64,000 bases of DNA from Klebsormidium nitens (taxonomy: Eukaryota > Plantae > Klebsormidiophyceae). Position numbers and translations under genes: made by a program. A model generated the notes under the pieces. The model made no database searches and had not been told where the DNA came from. It saw only the letters and a program-made list of their open reading frames with translations. The stretch covers positions 62,001 through 126,000 of the forward strand of contig DF237076.1 in the NCBI GenBank assembly GCA_000708835.1, in the 5' to 3' direction. Below, piece after piece: positions 10,201 through 19,800 of the stretch. How positions within the stretch are numbered: position 1 is the stretch's first letter; each line of letters begins with the position of its first letter.

Positions 10201-12905
10201 CACTTGAACCTCATTACAGTCAGAAAGCTGAAGGTCGCGGAATGTTTGCTAATGGCGGAGCCCTGGATTGGGCACCTAGTGGAGTCCTTGGCCGCTCACT
10301 CCCGACACTCCAATGCAACCCCTAAAACTGATCTGTTTGCTTCTTTTCCTGTGTAGGAACTTGAAGCTCGCGGAATGTGCACGCACGGCGGAGCCGTGGA
10401 TCCGGCACCTGGTGGAGCGCACCGAGGATGACATGGCGGCGCGCGTGGCGGCCGTCAAGGCCGCGCAGCGCCGGACGACCACTGCTTTCCAACATGTCGT
10501 CATGGTGAGGGCTCACCAGAAGCTTGTTCCAGGCAGCTTTTGCGAACGTCTGTTCGCAGGAGGCCTGATTGTTGAAGCCTTTAAGGGGAGCTTGTCTGCC
10601 AGAGCGTTTCCGCCAAAGGCTTGTTTGCCGGAAATAGAGGAGTCCGAGGTCGGAGTTTATGTCAAGTAGATTGGCTTGCTTGCAAACTTTTTGTGCGGAA
10701 GCATGTTTGGTAGAAGCTCAATCTGCTAAACAGAACACAAGACGCCAGAGCTCACAGCGCCACGAACAAGTGGGTCGGATCGACGCGTGCATTGACTGCC
10801 AAATCCAAACGTGACAAATGTGAACGTTCTTAGTCTGGAACCTTGAAATGTGGTGTTCAGGACGACCCTGCCAAGGACGTCTCGACGAGCCGCAAGGCTT
10901 GCTTTTTGTGCGCACCGTAGGAGCCCACGAATCCCTCTTCATTGAGTGCTGAAATCTTAAGCCCCAAGTTTGAAAACCCCAAATGTCAAAATATGTTTCG
11001 GCCTGCAGGATGACCCCGCCAAGGGCGCCTCGACGAGCCACAAGGCTCAGTCATTAAGCGCCCAGAATCTTTTACCTAGAGTGGTGAAACGCCAAGCCCC
11101 ACTTCTCAAAATGCAATCACTCAAATCTTATATATGACTTTTGCCGCAGGACGACCCCGCCAAGGGTGCCTCGACGAGCCACAAGGCGGACGCGATCGTG
11201 CACATGCCGGCGGCGATGCAGTACCGCTCGATGCGCGAGAACCTCAAGGCGCGCGTGCGCGTGGGCGCGAGCGAGATCCACGGGAAGGGCCTCTTCGCCA
11301 AGACCATGATCATGCACCGCGAGATGGTCATCGAGTACGTGGGGGAACTCATCCGGCCAAAGTAAGAAGCCGCTTCTATCTGTTGACGGTCCGTTGGACT
11401 GTCTGATCCTCTCTGTCTCTTTATACTGGGAACGATTCCGAAGTGATAACGTTACTTCGTCGAGGTGCTGAATTGGTGCTGGTGTGGTTTCATTTGAGGT
11501 TGCATGGCTTGTAACTAACATCAAGGAAGCTGCTTGACTGACTCGACTTCAGGTCTTGTGCGGAATATGAGGTTGCATGGCTTGTAACTAACATCAAGGA
11601 AGTTGCTCGACTTCAGGTCTTGTGCGGAACCAGCTTCCCAGCGCTTCCCTTACGTGCAAAATGAAGACCATAACTAAAAACCTCAGTGTTTGAAGACAAT
11701 GATGTACCGGCAAGTTCTCCTCTACACGAACTCGGTCATGTGCGAGAAGCAGTACTGCGCAATACATGGAAATCAATCTTCATTCCCGTAGCCCACTTCA
11801 AAGACCATGTCGGAAAGCTACGTGCCCGTACCCAGCCCTAAAACCCACGATTTCGTCCTCTGCAGGATCTCGGACTTGCACGAGAAGCAGTACCGCGCGC
11901 AGAAGATGGGGTGCCAAAATCCTGCCGTCCCCTCTGACAGAAACTTCCGTGCTCAATCTCAATCCCAATTCCGGCAACCTTCTTCTTCCCAGGATCTCCG
12001 ACATGCGCGAGAAGCAGTACCGCGCGCAGAAGATGAGGTTCTCTTTCTCCGGCCCTTCCCCTTTTGTGCACCTTGAAGACTATGATGGGAAGTTTAAAAC
12101 CGGCGACTCCTTTCTTTGCAGGATCTCCGACATGCGCGAGAAGCAGTACCGCGCGCAGAAGATGGGGTGCTACTTCTTCGGCTTCCCGCCCAGCAAGCAG
12201 GACCACCTGGAGGACCTCGTCGTGGACGCGACGCGCCGGGGCAACGCCGCGCGCAACATCAACCACTCGTGCGGCCACAACTGCGTGACCAAGGCGGTCG
12301 TCATCAACGGCGTTCGCCACCTCATCGTCTTTGCCATGTAAGCATGTCGGGGGATTTCTAGTGTCTTGAGTAGTATTTGTCTACCGAATCGTCGTTGTAT
12401 TCAGGCGTGGGCGGAAGGGGTGGTGTCCGCTTTCCTTCCGCTCGGTAGGCGGAACGGAGGTAACCCTGTCAAGGCGTGAGCCACATTCTGTATTTGACCT
12501 TTCGAGGGGCCTCGTTTCCTATTGGATGTTCGGACAGAGTCTGTAATATCCAGTACCGTACTCATGCATCTTATATTCTGGCTTACTTTGAAAGAAGGCC
12601 GTTGTGCTCGTCGCTGTGAAAACGGATTCCAAGATACGACACTGCGGAGTCCTTGGAGTAAGCTCCAGGAGAAGCTGCGTGACTTTAGTTTCGGCCTGCT
12701 GTTTAGGTGACTCCTGTCAACCCAGTCTCAGTGCCACCACAAGCTTTCTCAGATCCTTGGCGCTAAGATTATCCCGTCCCTGTGCAGACGCACCATCATG
12801 CCTGGCGAGGAGATCACGATCAACTACTGCTTCCGGAGTGACCCAACGGAAGAAAAGGTTCCCTGCTTGTGCGGGTCGGTGAAGTGCAAGGGCTTCCTAA
12901 ACTAG
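215..12905 (+). CDS. Trithorax/MLL (KMT2)-type histone H3K4 methyltransferase, 5'-partial. Exons about 215-319, 587-824, 1132-2783, 3251-3505, 3896-4087, 4464-5879, 6366-7178, 7520-9251, 9601-9930, 10357-10504, 11150-11361, 12122-12337, 12788-12905
   Basis: The spliced translation gives PHD fingers (CGQ..MILCSHCDASYHEGC; CAKCFLKVHKGC..YHCPSC), an ePHD (WVHINCIMW..CSSCGDFGASVAC..FHFPCA..YCAKH), FYRN (LRVGALSVESLG..LFPVGFRAWRVHWS), FYRC (GAWLFGL..LEFLPRAEECPRY), SET (IHGKGLFA..MVIEYVGELIR..DATRRGNAARNINHSC..GEEITINY) and post-SET (CLCGSVKCKGFLN*, TAG 12903-12905). GT-AG junctions are phase-compatible except one frame break near 7117. Confidence 0.92.
7621..7929 (+). other. Extended PHD (zf-HC5HC2H-like) domain
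   Basis: CTLC..WVHINC..CSSC..ASVAC...C...FHFPCA...YCAKH pattern, as in Trx/MLL proteins. Confidence 0.85.
8965..9915 (+). other. Adjacent FYRN and FYRC domains
   Basis: LRVGALSVESLG/LFPVGFRAWRVHWS/CLYLLEI, followed after the 9251>9601 splice by ITASSLDEAW and GAWLFGL..LEFLPRAEECPRYKF. Confidence 0.8.
10221..10284 (+). repeat. Degenerate copy of the acceptor and 5' end of exon 10357-10504
   Basis: cag|aaagctgaaggtcgcggaatg..ggcggagccctggattgggcacctagtggag versus tag|gaacttgaagctcgcggaatg..ggcggagccgtggatccggcacctggtggag. Confidence 0.85.
10853..11047 (+). repeat. Two copies of the acceptor and first about 39 nt of exon 11150
   Basis: Copies at 10861-10899 and 11009-11047, each preceded by CAG. 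Confidence 0.9.
11495..11629 (+). repeat. Intronic tandem duplication (71 + 62 nt)
   Basis: tgaggttgcatggcttgtaactaacatcaaggaag...ctcgacttcaggtcttgtgcggaa at 11495-11565 and 11568-11629. Confidence 0.95.
11725..12037 (+). repeat. Three copies of the acceptor and 5' end of SET exon 12122
   Basis: Copies at 11866-11910 and 11993-12037, plus a degenerate one at about 11725-11770 (cgagaagcagtac core). Confidence 0.95.
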
Positions 12906-13823
12906 GGCTACTGGAGACAGGGACACACTCGAGCAGCACATAACGGTCTCGAGGTCTTGACCTTTAGAAAGCAACAGGCCGTGACAATATAAGGAGTCAG
13001 GGACAGTTCGAGTCAATGGGAATTTATAGTGTCCTCTCTAAGGCACACGAGTCGGTTGCCTACAACCGTGCAATCTCACACTTATAGTCAGCGTGCTGCA
13101 TGACAATCAATTCGTCGGTATTTGGTGTGCTTGTTACACATGTCGGTACAATTACTGCATGACATTCAATGGATATATATCCAGCTTGACGTACCTGAAA
13201 CCGCGTCCGACCGACGCGTGCTCGTTACATGCAAGTGTAGGAAGACACACAGATCTGATCGGGACCCGCGATGGTAGCACTCAAAGCTCGGACTGCGCAA
13301 TCTATCTAAGTGTAAGTTCGATCTGGGCTGCGTGCGACGCTGCCATCATGCACGCGCTCGTATGTAGGCAATCATGCAAGCGGCCCTAGCAATTCCCGCG
13401 TGACATGCCGTCGAATTAACACACCGTCCACAGTGCTGGCATGTCGATGATCATGCATATGCAATCCAAATGATCAGCACTGCTAGTGACATGTATGGAC
13501 GAATCAGGCGGCCTGACACACGGCCCACATGGTCCGCAATCGAAGCTGTCCGCTATATGTGTGCCGACAGTCTGCGACGCATGTATCTCGGTGGCCGGCC
13601 TGCCCCCGCCAGATTGAAAGATCTGCCTCTAAACGTGTTGACAGCCGCGGTGCCGTAACAGAAAATTGAGTTCGCACTTAAGTTCCATCTCGTTGACGAC
13701 TCCTGACAGGTTGCTCGATGTACTACTTTGACAACGTTCCCGGACCCAATTTCGGATGCAACTTCTATCTAGAACCGGTCTGATTCAAAGGCCACCTCCG
13801 CCCGAGCCGTGGCATCGCCGTAC

Positions 13824-16800
13824 CTAGCGAGATCCGGCTCTTTCCGTCTCGACCAATAGCTGCGACTTGATCCACTGACCCAAGCGGTGAATGAACTGCG
13901 GACTTTGCCCGAGTCGGTCCTGCAAGTTGACCAGTCTTTCAGTATTTGAAACTAACGTGAGCAAGACAAGCGGACCAGCTTGACGATGAATCAAGGCAGC
14001 CTCAAAATTAGCCCTGATCGTATTGATCGCACCTCGCCAAAGCAAAGGCTGCTTACAACGCGCGCTGGGTGATAAAACACAACAGCTTGCAAGAGGACAT
14101 CAGCCTCCAAAAGGCGTAGCAAACGGAGTTTGTGTGATGAATTTACGGCAAATTGAAAAGGCTTGTAAGCTAGGAAGTAGAGTCAGAAGCAGTACACGCT
14201 TCGTAGCCAAAAAGCACAAACCAAATAACCCGTAAACCTGAAAAGTAATCAAGTAATGCCGTGCAGGCTAGAAAACGTTCCAGGAGTATGCACTGAAACC
14301 CGCCAATAATTTGGACGCTTCAGCCGCTAAGAGGCCTTGTTGAGTGGACAAACGGCTTACCTCTTGGAGCGTTTCCAGCTTCTGGAGCGTTGGCAGAAGA
14401 TGCCGCCCCAACCGCCGCAAATCGTCCGGACTCCCGACCTGGTGCAGAAACAAAAGTGAGCCACTTGATGTTATTGTATACAGAATGCCCGCACATGTGA
14501 CAAGATTTTTCCAACGCCGTCGGTCAAATTATTGAAGCGATTCAAAGGAAAATGCTGGGCTTTCTCTGCGGTTTGAAACGAAGCCGAATAGTGATACAAG
14601 AGTTTAGGTCTGGTCTTGAAAAGGTACATGCAATGTCAGACACAATGTGTTCCGTTCCATGCCAAAGAGCATCGCTTTCCCTCATTTCCTGCCTTTGCTT
14701 CCGTTATGTTCCCCTGTAGAGTCGACGCTCGTTCCCATTCTCTCCCCCCACTCACAAAGCAAGTCGCTCAGGAAAGCGCACACGTGAAGCAGATCCTGTG
14801 GTAACAATCCCCAGGCACTTTGAAACAGAACCAAAGCAGTCGAGGTCAATCCGTGGACACTCAGCGGTGGGAGATCCGATTTGGTGTCAATCCCCGGGCA
14901 CTCACTTGCGGCTCGGTAGATCCAGGCCTGCTGTCCTGGAAGTGCTTGTAGATGATCTCCAGCCCGTGCTCGATGATTGACACCAGGAGTGACACTTGGC
15001 GGCCCTTGGACGCGGCCGCGGCCGCCATCTCTACGAGCGCCACGTGTCGCCTGGTGGAGACAACGCACGAGGTTTAACAGACTGCTGTGAGGAGTTTCAC
15101 AAAAGTAGCGCTAGATTGCTGGGAATGAAAGACAAGGCGGCCTTCAACGAATACTGGTGTGATTTGTCATGGAAGCAGTTCAACCAGAGGGGGCTCTCGA
15201 AGGTGGTCCATTAATCTCCCAGAGATGCACAATCTGCTGAAAGTCTAGCTTCAAGGAGCAGTCAAACGGCCATCCAAAGGCACCTCCCCCATTGCTTCTC
15301 TATAGACACCCCTTTTAGTGCATGGAGTCATCTCTCCCTCACAGGCCCTCATAACCACCCCTACTGAGTTAGCAAACTCTCAAGGGAAAAACTTTACAAA
15401 CGAAGTCTCAACTGAAAAACTTTACAAACGTGCATAACAGCTCACCGCTTCCGTGCAGAGTCTCCCCGCGCATCGTACTCGTGAGTCCCGTATGTCTCGA
15501 TCACCTTCAGCAGCTCCGCGCGCGACGTGTCGTTGACTTCAGAGACCTTGTTTAGCAGCTGATGCCCCTCCTGCGTCGCCGCGAATACGTCCGACGTGCT
15601 CTGCTCCAGGACGTCCGCAATCAGCGCGAGGGTGGGGGCGCGCGATATGCCGTTCTCTCCGTCCGATCTGGACGAAGGAAGAAAAATCAAAACCGGGGGG
15701 CGCGTGAGACGCCGTTCGCGCCGTCCGATCTGGACGGAGCGGAGACGAGAAAAGTGGTTTGCAACAAACCGGCGAGAAGCCAACATTCTGCAAACAAACA
15801 CGTCCGACGTTTTCTTGCTCTACGACGTCGGCGATCAACGCGAGCGTGGGCGCCGACAATGCGCCATTCGCGCCTTCCGATCTGGACGGAGGAAGAGAAA
15901 TCAGAATCTTTCAAATTGAAGCTTTGCAAAGGAACAAGTTTGACATGCTCTGCTTCAGGACGTCCCCAATCAGCGCGAGCGTGGCCGCGCGCGAGACGCC
16001 ATTCGCGCCGTCCAACCTGAAAGGGAGGAAAAACTGACGGCTTTGCAAACAAACCAAAAGCATCCAAAAGTTTGCAGGTGAACAAGTCCGACGTGCCCTG
16101 TTCCAGGACGTCCACAATCGGCGATGCGCCGTTTGCACCGTCCGACCTGGAAGGGAGCAAAGTTCGTTGAAAAGACTTTGCCGTAGGTTGAGAGCAACTA
16201 CCTTGATCAGATCTGGACGAGGTGCTGGCGTGAAGCAGGGTTTAAAGGGACTGTATTCGCAAGAAAGCGCCGGGAAAGGAGCATGAGAGATGCCCTCCGG
16301 GCCGAGCTTTAATGCGGTAATAGGCGCAAAAAACAAAGATAAGTTAATCGGTAATAATCACAAACCATTCCGACACCTGCAATCTGCAGCAACGGCGCAC
16401 TTTCCCAAGCGATGCTTGGTGCTCCCATTCCAATCCGAAAGTCTGCTGGGCACAGGCAGTGCTTATCCGCTTCCGGGTCCTAACCCTCCGCTTAACCCGT
16501 CGGACCCAGTGCTTGACCCTCAAAGGATCCTCACCTGAAGCAGTGGAATCGCTCTCCCGAGCGGTCCACAATTCCTTTTAAGTACGTCAGCAAGTTGTTC
16601 CGCACTTGCAACACTCCGTGGCGCAGTCTCCGCAGCTCGCCGTGTTCCCGGGGCGCGATGATGCCCTCCGGACCCGCCGACTTGCGCACCGCTTGCAGCC
16701 GACGCACGTACTTGTTCTACAGAGAAAGGAACTTTAAGGTGTATAATCCAGGTTTCAAGTTGAGGAGGTGAATTATGTGCTTGAAAAGACGCTTGTAGGA

Positions 16801-19800
16801 CTTGCGGACGTGCTCAGCCGGACGGTCAACTACTGAAAGGTTCTGAGCTTTTCAGGCAGACACTTTGTGATTTGTCGACTTGATTGCTATCTGATCATGC
16901 TTCACGACTTCTTGCGCATCGCTTGCAGACGAAGAACGTACGGCAAGGGAGAGCATCGAGACACAACCATGCAGGGGTACAATATGAATTCTAGTGCTCA
17001 AGTAACAAAGCGAATGCCTCCAATCGGTCAGCGCCAGAGGCAAGAAAACCAATCTCAGGTTCCAACCCTGTTGATCGATTTGTGCATGCCAGCTCCAACT
17101 GGGCAGCATTAATCAGCTCCCGCATCGAACGCAGCCCTAGTACGCAGTCATCTTGCGAGAAAGCTTCAAACTCCAGGGACACTTTGAAGTCGACAAATCA
17201 CTTGGAGCCTGCCCAATATCGAGCATATTATGTTTGATCGGCCTTGAACCTGCGTCATTTTGCCCATCGTTATCCGTTCCGGTCCAACCCTGAATAAAGC
17301 CCTGATTATCAAATCTTTGCTGACCTGCGACACAGCGTCGAGGCAGAAGAAGTCGATGCTCCGGATGAACATGGGCGCCTTGAAGGGATCCCTGTCGGTG
17401 CTCATCGACGGCCAGATGCGCCCCACCAGCCACGTGGCAAGCTGCAGCTCCTCCAGGTCAGCGCTCTCCACGATCCGGACGAGCGTTGCCGCGTGTTGTC
17501 GGACAAACTCTCCGGCCTGGAAGGGAGCAAGTGATCGACTTCAGTACTGAGTCATAAGCTCAGCGTCTCAGCATAGGCTTGGGATGCATTGCAGAGGTCG
17601 TGACCTTAGCTTGATGCCGGCAAGGGTCTGATTGAAAGGAGCATTAGCCAACCAGATTGCTCAAAAGGCACGCCTTTCATGTTGAGAAACTTCTGCACCG
17701 TGCCTCCAGCAGTTATTGCCCACATACACGCCAACTTTCGTGGCAAGACTCGCCGGCAGTAATATGGTTAGAATTACCAACGCTTCAAAAGCATCCAGGA
17801 TGCTTGATTCTGGTGTCATGATCAGAAGATTCATTTCATCTCGTGACTTCGTTCTTTAAGGTAGCGTTGATTTGCTCTCCTTACCATTCGAGGACTGCTC
17901 CTTAGCCAACTTCGTAACCAAGAAGGTACGGAATACCCACCTCGGCACGCACGTCCTCGCTCTTTGGTAGTGCGGTCACGATTGACGTCACCAGCCGCAG
18001 CGAGGGCGCCAGCACCTGGTGCAACCGCTCCCGCTGCGACGGCATCGGCACCGCAGGGTTCCGCCCAGGGCCATCTTCCGGGCCGTCCTGCAAAGGCGGA
18101 ACAGACTTGGTGACGTGGCGGAAGAGACATGGTGACGTAAGCATAGAGGCGGCTCCAGTTGATATGATTGGCAGCGGCGATCGCGCATGCCATTTTCTGC
18201 TGAGCGAGAAATTGGTGAACTGCGGGCAATTGATCGAAGCAAAATCGGAAGCAGGTAGGGATCCGTCTATATCTCTTCATTGCGTGTTTGGTGAGATCTC
18301 TTGTTTGGAATACGTTTCAGCTGTCAACTGCTTCGCTTTTGAGTCCGAACGTAGTCACGTCCTTCACCAGATTGTGGAACTCATCGTGCGGAGCACCTTA
18401 GAGCAAACTTGCCATTGCGTGCATTCGCCACAGTCCGTCTTGAGCAACGGTTTTGAAGTCGCAACCTCCGTGGTACCTTCCCCTACTAAGTAGAGCGGAC
18501 CTGTAGCTTCGAGGTCCGCTTCAACTCGTTTCCCGCCGGATAAAAGCCTCACCAAAATCCTGAAAGAGCACCAGACTATAACAAAGTAGCAAACATCAAA
18601 TCAAGACACCCTAGATCTGTTGGATAGATCAACAAATCCTAGCCCCGTGTGCCACCTTTTGCAAGCCCTCACCGGTATCTGGACGTCCAGGGCTCGCGAG
18701 CTGGCCAGGTGATTGAGCGCTCCCATCGAGAACAGCGCTTGCGCCCCCCGGGGGGAGTTGTGATGCGCCACCCGCAGGAGGAGCGAGATCTGCGCCTCCA
18801 TTGTGTAGAGCTTACGCACAGAGTCGGGGGATGGAAGAATCACCAGCTGCAAGGAGGGGGGGTAAGGAATGTCATTGAGGTGGTTCGGAGTCGTCATGTT
18901 CATGTAAGTCCGGAATCTGAAAAGCGGCCCGGATAAAGTGCAGGGAAAGTTGAGAGCAGAAACGCAGGGTCTGATTTTGGGCTCCAACTTTTCGGGAGGT
19001 ATCAATACTTGTCGCACGATCTTCGCCTCCGTCAGCAGAGCTTGCGGACCGTATTGGGAGCCACCAAAATGACCACCAAAATGACCACCAAGCGAAGGAG
19101 GGGGTCTGACGAAGTCTGAAAGACAGCCTACCGGTCCAGATGTTCGCGGGACCACATTAAAGAGCTGAAGAGGTTGCGGCGCAGGAAGAGAAAAGACGCC
19201 AAACGAGGGATAGATACCCGCCGAGAAGGAATGGATATAGTTTGATTACCTGGTATGCATTGTTGGCGACGTCGGAGAGGCAATTTTGCAGCAGCCCCCG
19301 GCTTTGCAGCTGGCTGAGGAACGCCTGCTGAGTATCGAGCGCGATCAGCGCCTCCAGGACGTAGAACGCAAGGGCGCGGCCGACCTGGAGACAAAAAATC
19401 GGGGGTCTTGTTCAATTGTAGAACGTTCGAGACTGTGCCTTAAAACGAATTTGTCACACCACAACACCACAGCGGATCTGGCATGCGGCTTACCGAGCGG
19501 TTGGGCCAGAGAGGAGTCATGATAACGAGGAAGAGAAAAGAGCAGAGTATCGCTCTTTAAGTAGTATGCCGGGCTTTCGGAGAGGAGCTTGGACATCGGC
19601 TAAGGGGCAGAAAACCAAACGTCGGTTTGTATGTGAATAGTAAGGAGCTTGTTCGAATAAGCTTCTTACTAGGACTTTCAACGAAACCGACTTACAAGAT
19701 CTCTGACTTGCTGCAATTGTCAGCTTCGCCACCGAGCTCCTGAAAATGACTCAGAGCACCTGCCCAACAGTTACGTTAAGATAGTTCCTCAGGGTAAGAA

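Larger units (their letters stand above)
11255..12905 (+). other. SET and post-SET domains
   Basis: GxGLFA, VIEYVGE, DAT..GN.AR.INHSC, GEEI...Y and CxCxxxxC motifs over three exons. Confidence 0.95.

Noticed and set aside
15442-16336. Apparent tandem-repeat protein (SRSDGANG.. repeats)
   Set aside because: The repeats are intronic echoes of one NUP205 exon, with frameshifts between the copies.
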